From positions 1,302,001 to 1,366,000 of the forward strand of contig CAKKNE010000003.1 of NCBI GenBank assembly GCA_918797485.1: DNA of 64,000 nt, written 5' to 3'. Source of the stretch: Pelagomonas calceolata (lineage: Eukaryota). This document shows, piece by piece, positions 41,200 through 51,584 of the stretch (its first letter is position 1; each line of letters starts with the position of its first letter). The notes under the pieces were generated by a model. It was not told the origin of the DNA, did not search any database, and was given only the letters and a program-made list of their open reading frames with translations. Both the position numbers and the translations under genes were made by a program.

Positions 41200-41700
41200 A
41201 TGGCGTCCTTGTTGACCCCAGGCGCCTTCGGCGGCGCCGACGCCGGCCCGCCGTCGATCCTCGCGCCCTCGCAAAACGCGCCGTCCATCCTCGCGCCCTC
41301 GCAAAAGGCGCAGCCGCCGTCCATCCTGAACCAGGGCCCACCCTCGATCCTGGCGCCGGCCCCGACGGGCCCGACGAAGCCGCCGGCCCCGAAATCAGCA
41401 CAGAAAAAGAAGAAGCCCCAGAAGGCCAAGCAGCCCGACCCCGAACGCACGACGGTCCCCGTCGGCGACGCCGTGGCACCCGAGCCGGCCATGGCGCGCA
41501 AGGACAAGAAGGAAAAGCAGCAAAAAAAGAAGAAACCGGCTCCCAAGAAGGAGCCGAAAGCCTCGCCCAAGAGCGAAGAGCAGAAGGAGGCGGCCGAGCC
41601 GAGCTCGCCGCCGCACTACGCGTTCAGCGCGTTCCAGATCAGCCCCGAGCCGAGTTCGCTGCCGAAGCCGAGCTTTAGCTTCGGCAAGAAGAAGACGTAG
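41200..41700 (+). CDS. PNRC/Edc1-like decapping-activator motif protein
   Basis: C-terminal HYAFSAFQISPEPSSLPKPSF resembles the YAG-x-F..SP-x-P-x-x-LP-x-P motif; N-terminal PSIL repeats x4. Confidence 0.7.
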   Translation: MASLLTPGAFGGADAGPPSILAPSQNAPSILAPSQKAQPPSILNQGPPSILAPAPTGPTKPPAPKSAQKKKKPQKAKQPDPERTTVPVGDAVAPEPAMARKDKKEKQQKKKKPAPKKEPKASPKSEEQKEAAEPSSPPHYAFSAFQISPEPSSLPKPSFSFGKKKT

Positions 41701-42116
41701 ATGAGCGCTGGGCGGTGTTGCCCGCCGGTCGTCGGCGCGACAGAGGACAATTTTCTTGGCGCAAAGAGCACGCAGGTTTCGTTGTAAGACGTGCCCCGCC
41801 GAACGTCCCCGTTTCGCGCCGCCGGCCGGTCGCCGACGCCGCCCCAGCCCTTCTCTCCCGTACCCCTCCGACGTAAGGTCACTCATCCATACTACGTTGG
41901 TTGTTTGGGGCTTTGCGTCGATGGCGCTGGGGAACGTCGTGCTAGCCGGACCTGTGAACTCAGCGTGGAGCCCAGGCGCCGGCCGGCGTGGCCCGCCGCG
42001 CGTCGCCGATTCATCGGCGGCGGGCCCGGGCCCCGTCTTTCATAAGAGCATACCTCCTTCTAAGCAGAACCGCGTCGGCAACCCCCCCTGAACATGTGAG
42101 GATATATATGTAATCC

Positions 42117-42140
42117 GCTAGTATCTTACGGCACGCTAGC
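42117..42140 (+). promoter_or_regulatory. CTAG-box intergenic motif
   Basis: GCTAGTATCTTACGGCACGCTAGC, ~220 bp upstream of the SF3A1 ATG. Confidence 0.7.
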
Positions 42141-42340
42141 TCGGTCCTTTGCCGAGTCGCCCAAGCGCCGCCGACGGCCTGTGCGGCAGCTTGAGGTCGA
42201 AAGCACTCGTGAGAAGCGCTCGCGCCGGCGTTTAGACGCGCTCCGTGCACTTGCCTTGCTCCCCGCGCCGCCGCTTGTGGGCAGCGACACAAAGGAGTAA
42301 ACAGCGCAGGCGACGCGCGCGTCGCGCAGAGGAAAAAAAG

Positions 42341-44422
42341 ATGAGCACCGCCATGGCCGTCGACCCGCCCAGCGACCTAGCAAATGACCTCCAGGAGGCC
42401 GCTCCCTCATCCGGGGAAGTCACGGGAGTCATCCGCCCGCCGCCTGATATCAGGGCCATCGTCGACAAGACCGCGCTGTTTGTGGCCAGAAATGGGAAAC
42501 AATTCGAGGCTAGAATACAAGCGTCGGCGGAGGGCCAGTCGCAAAAATTTGCCTTTATGAGACCCAACGACCCCTATAACGCGTACTACGAGTTCAAGAT
42601 CCGGGAGGTGGAAGAAAATGATGGGGAGCTGAAAGTTGTCGAAAAGCCTAAGGTAGAAGCACCTGTGACGACCGAAGTGAAAGCCGCGGCGTCGACCGTG
42701 TCGAAGCGAGCCACGGTCGCCGCTCCCGTCCAACGGGCCCTGCAAGGTCTAGGTGAAGAAACGACACCTCCCGTACCGTTGACGGCGCAACTCACGACTC
42801 CATCCAGTGTCACACCGTTAGATGCGGAGATCATCAAGCTCACGGCACAATATACGGCCGCGTCCGGCCGACAGTTCTTGGCCGGATTAGCTCAGAGAGA
42901 ACAGCGGAACCCGCAGTTCGACTTCCTGAAGCCGACGCATGTGTTATTCTCCTATTTCACGCAGTTAGTAGACGCCTACACGCGTGCCTTGGCACCTCCA
43001 CCGGAGTTACGGGCCGAGGTCAAGCGCGTCGAGGACCCCGAACACGCCCTCAAACGATGCGCGCGACGGTGGGACTGGAGTAGAAGAGTCGACGAGAAGG
43101 AGCGACGCGAGAAGGCGCTGCGGGACGCGGACCGGGCGTCGTTCCAGGCAGTAGATTGGCACGATTTTGTAGTTGTGGAGGTCATCGACTTTCCCAAGGA
43201 CGAGCTCGCGCTGCCGGCACAAGGTGGCGTCAGTGTGGAGGAGCCGGGCGCGCCGGGCATGCAGGGCACGGCCGTGCCGCCGCCGCCGCCCCCGCTACCC
43301 CCGGCCGCGGATATTCAAGTGGTGCAAGATTATGTTCCTCGGGTCGCGTCCGGTGGCGTCGAGGCGCCGCGGACGATGAAGGATCCGTTGACGGGCGACG
43401 AGGTACCCATCGAACGCATGACGGAACACATGCGCATCCAGTTGTTGGACCCGCGATGGCGGGAAGAGCAGCGCAAACTCGCGGCACGCCGAGGCGAGGA
43501 CGACCGCGGCGACCGCGCCGGCGGCGAGGAGATCGCCCAATCCTTGGCATCCTTCGCGGCGAAGCGCAACGACATCTTCGGGAGCACCGAGGCCGAGGAG
43601 GCCGAGATACTGGAGGCCAAACAGAAGGACGAGCCTTCCAATAGTGGCGGCATCATCTGGGACGGCCACGGTGGCAGTATCAATAGGGTGCAGGCGCGCG
43701 TGTTGGACATTCTCAACGAACAGAACGCTGGTCAGGGTACGTTGCAGCAGTCTACCGGTAGTGCCGCGCCGACGGTCCCGGGCTACGCGCCGCCTCTGGC
43801 CGGGGCGCCGCCGGGCATGCGGGCGGCGCAGCCGATGGACACGAGCGCGCCGCCGCCGCCGCCGCCGCCCCCACCACCTCCTCCACCGCCGCCGCCGATG
43901 AGCGCGCCGCCGAGCGCGCCGCCGCCTCCACCGCCGCCGCCGCCGCCTCCACCACCGCCGCCGCCCACAGGACCGGTGTTAGTGGGCGGCATGCTCGTCC
44001 ACGGCGCCGCCGCGGCGGCCGCGCGCGCCGCCGCGCCGCCGCCGCCGCCGCCGCCGCCGCCCGAAGCGCCGCAACCGAAGCGGCCGCGCGTCGACCCGAG
44101 TACGGGCCTCATGTCTGCTGCGGACTTCGCCGAGTCGTTGGGAGCCAACCGGACGGTCACGGTGCGCGTCAAGTGCCCCCTCGACGACTCGAACGCCGCG
44201 TGGTCTTTATTGGGCCAGGAGGTGTCCGTCGAGGTCGACTGCGACTGTACGATCAAGGAGGTCAAGTCGCGGCTCAAGGCCCAGTTGGGGATGCCCGAGA
44301 ACAAGCAGCAGCTCAAGCACTCTCGGTTGGGCTTCCTCAAAGATGCGTTGTCGCTCGCGCACTTCAACGTCGCGTCGGGGACGTTATTGGATCTGGTGGT
44401 CCGGGCGCGCGGGCGGCGCTGA
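42341..44422 (+). CDS. SF3A1: Splicing factor 3A subunit 1 (Prp21)
   Basis: Two SURP domains (IVDKTALFVARNG; IIKLTAQY..NPQFDFLKP), DWHDFVVVE, EHMRIQLLDPRW, C-terminal ubiquitin-like domain. Confidence 0.95.
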   Translation: MSTAMAVDPPSDLANDLQEAAPSSGEVTGVIRPPPDIRAIVDKTALFVARNGKQFEARIQASAEGQSQKFAFMRPNDPYNAYYEFKIREVEENDGELKVVEKPKVEAPVTTEVKAAASTVSKRATVAAPVQRALQGLGEETTPPVPLTAQLTTPSSVTPLDAEIIKLTAQYTAASGRQFLAGLAQREQRNPQFDFLKPTHVLFSYFTQLVDAYTRALAPPPELRAEVKRVEDPEHALKRCARRWDWSRRVDEKERREKALRDADRASFQAVDWHDFVVVEVIDFPKDELALPAQGGVSVEEPGAPGMQGTAVPPPPPPLPPAADIQVVQDYVPRVASGGVEAPRTMKDPLTGDEVPIERMTEHMRIQLLDPRWREEQRKLAARRGEDDRGDRAGGEEIAQSLASFAAKRNDIFGSTEAEEAEILEAKQKDEPSNSGGIIWDGHGGSINRVQARVLDILNEQNAGQGTLQQSTGSAAPTVPGYAPPLAGAPPGMRAAQPMDTSAPPPPPPPPPPPPPPPPMSAPPSAPPPPPPPPPPPPPPPPTGPVLVGGMLVHGAAAAAARAAAPPPPPPPPPEAPQPKRPRVDPSTGLMSAADFAESLGANRTVTVRVKCPLDDSNAAWSLLGQEVSVEVDCDCTIKEVKSRLKAQLGMPENKQQLKHSRLGFLKDALSLAHFNVASGTLLDLVVRARGRR

Positions 44423-44767
44423 GGAGCTGGGGTGTCCTAAGGCGGTCTTTGAGTACGTCGTTCTGTTGGGACTAGTGGGCCGCGTCTTTCGCTCCCGCCG
44501 CAGGAGGAGTTTGAAACGTCCTCCTTGTGTGGTCAGGCTTCGAGAGGCATCACGAGGGGACTCAGCACAAGGAGTAGGCTTCCGTTGCAAAAGCTAGTAT
44601 GTCTCAGCTAATAACTCAATTCAAACAGCCGCGCTCTCTTCACTAAAACGGTGCAACGCCCGCGAGTTTTACAGCCACAAGCTGTCAAAAGGCGTGCCTA
44701 ATTGACATCCAGCTGCTCCTAAACGCGGAGCGCCAACCAGCCTCTGTAAAGCGCGAAACTCAAAACC

Positions 44768-45901
44768 ATGGTCCAGGGCGGCTCCATGAAGAAGGGCTCG
44801 TCGAGCAAGGGCGGCTCCTCCAGCCAAAAGCTATCCGACAAGAAGATGCGCAAGATGGAGGCGCGCGTGCTCGAGGAGAAGCTCGTCACGCTCCGGGCCG
44901 CGGTCTTCGAGCCGGATGGCAAGGACCGCAACGTCTGCGCGCCCTTAGCGCCGTTCATGAAGTACGACCGCAACGGTTTGGATTGCACGATTGATTTCTA
45001 CTCGAAACTCCCGGCGGACGCGAAGCTCTGGGCCTTTGAGCTCGTGAAGACCAACATGGAGGAGCTGTACGACGAGGCGGGCTACGGCTGGGACGACCAG
45101 GACAAGTTATCTGAGCTCAGCGAGGACGGGACTAGATTCTTAGTAGCTCGCAATAAGTCGGGAGAGCGCATTGCGTTCGCCCATTTTCGATTCACGGTCC
45201 AGGGCGACGTCGTGGATCAGATGCGGGGCGACACGGTGCTCATGGTCCACGACCTCCATGTGGTTGATGAATGCCAAAGAAAAGGTTTAGGTCGTCATTT
45301 AATGACTCTGATGGAGATGGTGGCCCGCAAGACGAACATGTCGCGCGTGTCGACCATGTGCATGATGGGCGACGAGAATACGAGAGCGTTCTTATCAAAG
45401 CTCAAGAAGGGCGCCTTCGCGCCCGACGAGTCCATGGTTGAGGTTTGTGGCTTCGACCCGGACCTCGAAGGTTTTGAAGTTATCTCTCTGGCGCTCGCGA
45501 TGCCGCCGAAGCCTCCCGTGGAAGAGGAAGAAGAAGTCGACGAGGAGAAAGAGTTAGAACAGGCCAAGCAGCTCGTGCTGGAGAAAGTAACTCAAGCCTT
45601 CGCCCAGAAGCACGGCCGCGACCCGACCCAACAGGAGCAGGCGGCCATCGCGGCCGCCGCCGAGGCCAAATTGCAAGGCTTCACGACGGGCTCGCAGACG
45701 GGCAAGGAGCGCCGCGCGGCCAACCGCGAGGCGCGCGAGAAGGCCTCCGCGGCCTTCGAGAAGGCCGAGGGCCGCAAGCCGACGCCGGCCGAGCTCGACG
45801 AGGTCCTGGCCGTCGTCGCGCCCGAGGCGATCCAGACGCCGGCGAAGGCACCTCCTTCGGAAGTGGAGTCGCCGACGTGCGTGGCCGACGTGCCCGTGTA
45901 G
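44768..45901 (+). CDS. NAA40: N-alpha-acetyltransferase 40 (NatD)
   Basis: FMKYDRNGL, WAFELVKTNMEELY..GW, AFAHFRF, QRKGLGRHLM. Confidence 0.88.
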   Translation: MVQGGSMKKGSSSKGGSSSQKLSDKKMRKMEARVLEEKLVTLRAAVFEPDGKDRNVCAPLAPFMKYDRNGLDCTIDFYSKLPADAKLWAFELVKTNMEELYDEAGYGWDDQDKLSELSEDGTRFLVARNKSGERIAFAHFRFTVQGDVVDQMRGDTVLMVHDLHVVDECQRKGLGRHLMTLMEMVARKTNMSRVSTMCMMGDENTRAFLSKLKKGAFAPDESMVEVCGFDPDLEGFEVISLALAMPPKPPVEEEEEVDEEKELEQAKQLVLEKVTQAFAQKHGRDPTQQEQAAIAAAAEAKLQGFTTGSQTGKERRAANREAREKASAAFEKAEGRKPTPAELDEVLAVVAPEAIQTPAKAPPSEVESPTCVADVPV

Positions 45902-45964
45902 TATGGTGCCTCACATAAGTCACCTTACTATATCTAGGGCAGCGCCATCGCCGCGACCGCCCAT

Positions 45965-46420
45965 CTAGTGGGCGAGCTCCAGCAGCACGACGCCCGCGAC
46001 GATGACCGCGAGGGCCCCTACTTTCTGCGTCGACAGCGCCTCACCGAACATCGCGGCGCCGATCAAAGCGGTCAACGCGGTGCCGACGCCCGACCAGATC
46101 GCGTAGGCGACGCCGAGCGGCATCTTCCGCAGCACGAGGGGAAAAACGGAAAAGCACGAGCCGTAGCCAACCACAGTACCGAGGTGCCAGATCGGCCGCG
46201 TCGACGCGAGTTTCATGCTCGTGGTCGCGAAGACCTCGAGCGCGATCGTGAGCGCGAGCAGGGCGCGACCGCCGCCGCCGCCCGCGCCGACTGGGGTCGC
46301 TTGCAGCGCGCCGCCGCGCGTCACACGGCGCGCCGCTTGGGCAACCGGCAGCCGTGGCCTGCGACATGGCACGAGTGCAGCGGTGGTGCTAAGCAGCAAG
46401 AGTGGGCCTAGAACTCGCAT
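45965..46420 (-). CDS. SMR-family (EmrE/QacE-like) small transporter with N-terminal targeting presequence
   Basis: IALEVFATTSMK (conserved TM1 Glu), PLGVAYAIWSGVG, FGE, GVVLL; leader MRVLGPLLLLSTTAAL plus an Arg-rich segment. Confidence 0.88.
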   Translation of the reverse strand: MRVLGPLLLLSTTAALVPCRRPRLPVAQAARRVTRGGALQATPVGAGGGGGRALLALTIALEVFATTSMKLASTRPIWHLGTVVGYGSCFSVFPLVLRKMPLGVAYAIWSGVGTALTALIGAAMFGEALSTQKVGALAVIVAGVVLLELAH

Positions 46421-46596
46421 CTGAGTCCGTGCAGAGCAGTGCTGAGTGTGCAGTGGGCTGTAGTAGCGGTGGAAGCAAGTTACGCTTCACGAGAAGCAAC
46501 AGGACGGTCCCTGGTTTATATATCTGCAATTCTGTCCACTGATGCGGCTCACCAGTGCGTGCAAGGTGCAAACTGGTGCCGCTTTTTTACAAGGCC

Positions 46597-46620
46597 GCTA
46601 GTGTCTCTACAGCCGCTAGC
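46597..46620 (+). promoter_or_regulatory. CTAG-box intergenic motif
   Basis: GCTAGTGTCTCTACAGCCGCTAGC, preceded by a partial copy TTTACAAGGCCGCTAG that shares the CTAG. Confidence 0.72.
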
Positions 46621-46741
46621 ACGCGCTGCTGCGCGCCAAACGAGTCGCGCCAGCTCGCTGGGCTGCGATTTCAACGCATATTCTAGCGCCGAGGCAACCG
46701 CTGCGGTGGCGCGATCGCTGCGAGGCGAGGACAACTCGACA

Positions 46742-47227
46742 ATGTCCTGCACGGGAGACCTGCTCTGCGTGCTGACCTACGGCGATGGCTCCGCGGCGGA
46801 CGCGAAATTGGACATAGCGATCAACTACACGCTGCTGTTCGCCACGGCTGCGCTGTTCATTTTTGGCGGTCCGCCGAAACGGCGTGCGGCGATCCTCGCG
46901 TTCTTCGCCGCGTTTCAGCTCGGCTTATGCTATGTTATTGGATGTGCTGGAGTATCGATGATATGGTGTGCGTGCGCGGGCGGCGGTGCCTTGGACCACC
47001 ACAGCGGCCGAAGACTCGTCGCGTTCCGCGTCGTCTCCGCGGCGGTCGTCGCGTCGCTCATCTACTACGCCATGGTTGCCGAGGCGATCACGGACATAGC
47101 GCATGTCTGTGCGCTCACGATGGGCTTCCTCGTCGTGCAGGCCGACGAATTATATACGCGCCGGCTCGAGCGCGACGCGGACTACGAGACGCTACCGCCC
47201 GGGACGCCGCGAGCGCGGCTATTGTGA
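46742..47227 (+). CDS. Small multi-pass membrane protein, unknown function
   Basis: Several hydrophobic segments from Met 46742. Confidence 0.55.
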   Translation: MSCTGDLLCVLTYGDGSAADAKLDIAINYTLLFATAALFIFGGPPKRRAAILAFFAAFQLGLCYVIGCAGVSMIWCACAGGGALDHHSGRRLVAFRVVSAAVVASLIYYAMVAEAITDIAHVCALTMGFLVVQADELYTRRLERDADYETLPPGTPRARLL

Positions 47228-47275
47228 TGATTTAACTGTAGCTGTGTCTCTTATAGTACCACAGCTACCTCGAGT

Positions 47276-47299
47276 GCTAGCGGCATGTAAGGCACTAGC
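47276..47299 (-). promoter_or_regulatory. CTAG-box intergenic motif
   Basis: Minus strand GCTAGTGCCTTACATGCCGCTAGC. Confidence 0.75.
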
Positions 47300-47451
47300 A
47301 AATCAGCCCGGGGAGGGTGATGACGGCAGCCGGCTGATGGCACCAATGCTCGACGTATGAGTGATGCAATACTAGGTCTTGTGACAGATCAACCACGCCT
47401 TCGACGGCTGCTGCTCTACCGCTCGCTTAAACATGGTTGCATAGCACTGCA

Positions 47452-48864
47452 ATGACCACAATGCGCTGCTGCTGCCTCCTGCTCACTGCAGCAGCGCTGG
47501 CCCCGCCACCAAAACGACCAGCACCCCTCAAAGCCACGGACCCCCTCAGCCAAGAGGAGCTCACGAAGATGAGGTTCGAAGAGGCGACGGACCCGCTTTC
47601 AAGACTACGATTAGCCATCGTCACGCACGCGCAAGTGTACAACAGCACGGACGTCGACGAGGACTTTGTCGTGCCGGAGACGTGGCCCCAACCTTTACGA
47701 GGCTTGGAGTTAGGTGCTGCAGTGGCCTCTCTAAGACGTCTAGAAGCCTCGGCCAATCTTGATAGAAGAAAACGACGCCCGCTCACGCACAAGTACTCGG
47801 GGGAAGAGTTAAGGAGAGATGCCTCCTCACCACGCCCATCAAAAACGGGCTGGGGCCGCAAGCTCACGGAGATCGGCTTCGAGTGGAATCCTTCGTATAG
47901 TGTGGGAGACGAGAAACATTTCGCACGGATCGTCAGCGCCTTAAAAGCCTACGAGGAGGAACACGCCGATCTCTTATTACCGCGATCATTTAGGGTACCA
48001 TCAAGACCGCCCTACCCCGCAGCTCTCGCGGGCGTGGACCTCGACAGGGCGGTCTACGACCTTTCCTTCTACCGGACGTTTCTGGCGGGTCGACCGGAGC
48101 GGCAGTCGGTACTACGAGAATTGGGTTTTTGCTGGGGCCGGCTGCAGCCCGAGTTCAATCTGGTCATTGAGGCATTTATCGTCTACAAAGAGCTGAATGG
48201 GGATTTACTGGTCCCCTCGACCTACATCGTACCGCGCGACGATGAGAGGTGGCCCGACTCGACGAGGGGCATGCCCCTCGGGAGGCGTGTGAGGCAGATT
48301 CGGCGGCGCAACGACTATCTGGGGAACGATCCCGCGCGGTGGAGAAGCTTGGACGAGCTCGGCTTCTGCTGGGAGCCGAAAAGGACCAAACGAAGTGTGG
48401 TAGCAAGGGCATTTAGACGCTATGAGGAGCTAAAAATGAACCCGGAAGCACCATTATCAGATTACGAGGAAATACTGAGCAAGGAAGACATCGACTGGAA
48501 CGCCGCGAAGGTTCCCCGAAACTTTGTCATTGGGGAGGACGATACGAGGTACCCGCGCGAGTGCCGCGGCTTGCAGCTCGGGGCGCGCGTCGCGGCGTAT
48601 CGACGGCCCCTCGCGAAGAGTAGGGAGGGCGCCTTCTCGCAGTTTCTTGTCGAGTTAGAAAGATATGTGGCGGAATTTGGGAACGCGGACGTACCACAAA
48701 ATTACAAAACGAAGGCGGGCTACCCGCTGGGCACGCGCGTCGCGGCCGTGCGCTCGCGGGGCCAATATATGAAAGGTGAACTGAAGGAGGAACGGCGGCG
48801 CCGGTTGGACCAACTGGGCTTCGTCTGGAAGAAGCAGAAGGGTCGGAGACGAGTAAGTACATAA
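47452..48864 (+). CDS. Helicase-associated (HA) repeat protein with targeting leader
   Basis: Repeated ALKAY..H/NGDLLVP..WP..GxxLG..LDELGFxW units. Confidence 0.8.
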   Translation: MTTMRCCCLLLTAAALAPPPKRPAPLKATDPLSQEELTKMRFEEATDPLSRLRLAIVTHAQVYNSTDVDEDFVVPETWPQPLRGLELGAAVASLRRLEASANLDRRKRRPLTHKYSGEELRRDASSPRPSKTGWGRKLTEIGFEWNPSYSVGDEKHFARIVSALKAYEEEHADLLLPRSFRVPSRPPYPAALAGVDLDRAVYDLSFYRTFLAGRPERQSVLRELGFCWGRLQPEFNLVIEAFIVYKELNGDLLVPSTYIVPRDDERWPDSTRGMPLGRRVRQIRRRNDYLGNDPARWRSLDELGFCWEPKRTKRSVVARAFRRYEELKMNPEAPLSDYEEILSKEDIDWNAAKVPRNFVIGEDDTRYPRECRGLQLGARVAAYRRPLAKSREGAFSQFLVELERYVAEFGNADVPQNYKTKAGYPLGTRVAAVRSRGQYMKGELKEERRRRLDQLGFVWKKQKGRRRVST

Positions 48865-48916
48865 CATGGTTAACAGTTCAAGGTGGCGCGTCGAAGGCGT
48901 GGGGACTGGCGCTAGG

Positions 48917-50316
48917 TCAACATCGGCCCTTGCGAACGGCGTCCTGTAACCGTCGCTCGGAGAACTCCTTGCCAAAAAAACCGGGGTAGATGCGCTCGAG
49001 CATGCCGTGGCCGAAGAGGTACGACGTCGGGCCGCACGTCGGGTTCTCTTTCTTGATGCGTCTCATCATCAAGTCTTTGAGTTGCGCGTCGGAGAAGTTC
49101 CGCGCGAAGTAGGCGTTGAACCTTCCTTTGGACGCGTTCACACCATCCGGGTAGATCTTCACGTCCAGCGCCGCGGGGCCGTAGGTTTGCGCGTCCGCGG
49201 GACCGTCCAACTTCACGACGTTGCCTAATTTACAACCTGCAGCTGATACCCAGCGCTCCCAGTCCGTGGCCCAGCCATTATCGGTGATGCCTGGGACTTG
49301 GCCTAGATCCTTTAGTACCTGTGTGCGTTGTGACCGTGACATCGGCGATGGCGTGCTGGTGGGAACAAGATCTCCCCGCCACGCTGTCGCCGTGCCAAAA
49401 CACATTGAAAGCTAGTACACCGCCGACGCACGAGGCTCCGTCTCAGTAGCGACGCGACGAAGAGCTCCTCGGACGAGACGCCGGGCCAGAAGCGCGGCTT
49501 GTTTCGGCGCCAGACTTTTGTTTCTTTGGACGTTTTCAACTCTGACAGAGTCTTTTCATTATAGCCCGGGAACATCAGATCAGACCCGGCCATCATCGCG
49601 AACCAGTGGTCCGCCGGGCAGGGGTCCCACCTCGTTAAGTGCGCGCCGTCGAGTGTCAAATCGAAGGCCTCGGGCGCGGCCGCGTCCGTCGTTAGGGCAC
49701 TGAGCAACGGCCGCAGCGCTTCAGATGATCCAACCCAGGTCATCTCGAACCAGGCCCAGACCGCGTCTCTCTGACTCGTGATCGTTTCGAGGAATTTTGT
49801 AAGGGACGCGTCGTCCCGGAATTTTAGTTTCGCGTCGAAGCGGATTTTGACCAGCACATCGAAGGCGTGGCCGTGCCTTTTTTCATTATGGTCGACCTGT
49901 TTCAACACTAAAGCGTGCTTGTACCACTGCCGCAACCAGAACGGCAAGCGCTTCTGGGCATTCATCTCTCGCTCTGTGAGTTCTCGTATATGTACGTTCG
50001 TGAGAGTCTGGCGGATTTTTGTCCCATCATAAGGCGGCTCCGTCGTGATGAACACGGGCGTCGGCTTTTGTAAAACTCGTGTTAATGATTGGGCCAGGGT
50101 TTGTATCGTCTCCAGGCCTTCCCTTGATTCGCGGTATGCCGCTGGGACCAGTATAGCGGCTCTACAATCGGCGCCGACGACGCATTTACTTTTTTGTGGT
50201 CTTTGTGCTGGCTTGTGGTCGAGGCTCTCGAGCACTTCGGGCCAGAACGCGGCCGTGCGCCAGTCCCGAGCGCTTGTGCTTGCCAGCAGCAGGAGTGCTA
50301 TTGTGTAGTGCAGCAT
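48917..50316 (-). CDS. Secreted hypothetical (glycosyltransferase-like) protein split over two frames near 49412-49431
   Basis: Signal peptide; QWYK..FDVLVKIRFD. The frames can be joined by a 20-nt GT-AG segment or by a frameshift. Confidence 0.55.
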
Positions 50317-50792
50317 GCTGGGGCAGCCTCTAACGGGGGCGCATTACTTGCATGGCTGCTAGCACATGTTGCGTACCATCTGTCGACCTCGCACGGTCTA
50401 TTTTAAGCGCCGGGCGCCGCGCCGCAGATGCCTTGCGTGCGGGGTCATGAGCGAAAGGCGGGAAGCAAAATTTGCGACGATCCTACATCAGGGACATCTC
50501 GAGGAGGCCATGGAGACGTGTAGACAAGCTTTGCGCCGAGTTTTTGATCCGCTTGACGCGGTGACCTCATGCCTGCACTGCGCAATCTTGGCAATCGTAC
50601 GCCCCCGGGAGACCCTTTCGCAAAGGGTGAGGCTCGGCTCCGGGACCCCACAGTACTTGACAGCTAGCGTGTGCAACGGCGCAGCGTAACTCGCTTCAGA
50701 AAGCATCCTTGGACAGCATCTAATGGACTAGATCCCTTTTGTGCCCATACTCCTTTGCCTGCTCTATACATATTGCCCTTTGTTCATTAAAG

Positions 50793-51500
50793 ATGCATGT
50801 TTTTACTCTACTGGCGTTTCTCCTGCCAGTGACAGCGCTGCGGCCCAATGGGCGCCGCTCAACGTACACGCGCCGCTCGGCGGACGCCATCACGTTCCCG
50901 CAGCGAGATTTCATCGGCGATCTTGGCGCGCGGTACCAGCAGCTCGTTAAGGATCACTACGTGCCGATGGCCTGTTTACAAGCCGCGGTGCTAGCGGGCG
51001 GCGCCGACATCGCCACCCAAACCCTCGAGCATGCGCAAGCTTTAGATTACTCTCATGTGGCAGCCATGTCCACCGTCGCGTCCACAATGTCCGGTGGTGC
51101 GAACGCCGTCTGGCTCCGCATGCTCGAGGATAAGTATCCGGGCCGCGAGACCGACGCGATATTTAAAAAGACGATGATCCACGCCGTCATCCTCGCGTCG
51201 ATTATCAACAGCGCGTACCTCGCCGGCGTGCCTGCCCTCACGGACATCTATTCCTCGGGATTACCGATCACGGAGGGCGTCGAGGGCTGGACGGTGCCCG
51301 AATTTATCACGTTGACCAAGCTCGAGGTCTGCATGTTCATCCCGTACAACACGCTCGCCTTCTCCTTCGTGCCGCCGCGCGTCCGGCCGCTGACGCACGC
51401 CATGGTCTCGGCGACGTTCAACGTCGCCGTGTCGGCCGTGACGCTGGGCTACTGGGACGCCTGGGTGCGCGGCGCGGCGCACCTCGCCCACCTGAACTAG
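50793..51500 (+). CDS. Mpv17/PMP22-family membrane protein with targeting leader
   Basis: YQQLVKDHY..GADIATQ, W..LEDKYP, FIPYNTLAFSFVPPRVRPL. Confidence 0.8.
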   Translation: MHVFTLLAFLLPVTALRPNGRRSTYTRRSADAITFPQRDFIGDLGARYQQLVKDHYVPMACLQAAVLAGGADIATQTLEHAQALDYSHVAAMSTVASTMSGGANAVWLRMLEDKYPGRETDAIFKKTMIHAVILASIINSAYLAGVPALTDIYSSGLPITEGVEGWTVPEFITLTKLEVCMFIPYNTLAFSFVPPRVRPLTHAMVSATFNVAVSAVTLGYWDAWVRGAAHLAHLN

Positions 51501-51584
51501 CGCACGAGATTGCGCTCCCCTTCCCCCAACCAACAAAAAAAGTAAGGAATGTAAACGTTATCCCAAAATGATTACCCAGGAAGA

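Noticed and set aside
41801..41915. GAACGTCCCC and GGGGCTT resembling RNase MRP CR-I and CR-V
   Set aside because: Other conserved regions and expected spacing were not found; kept only as an unassigned structured candidate.
43845..44060. CCG microsatellite-like runs
   Set aside because: They encode the ordinary poly-proline region of SF3A1.
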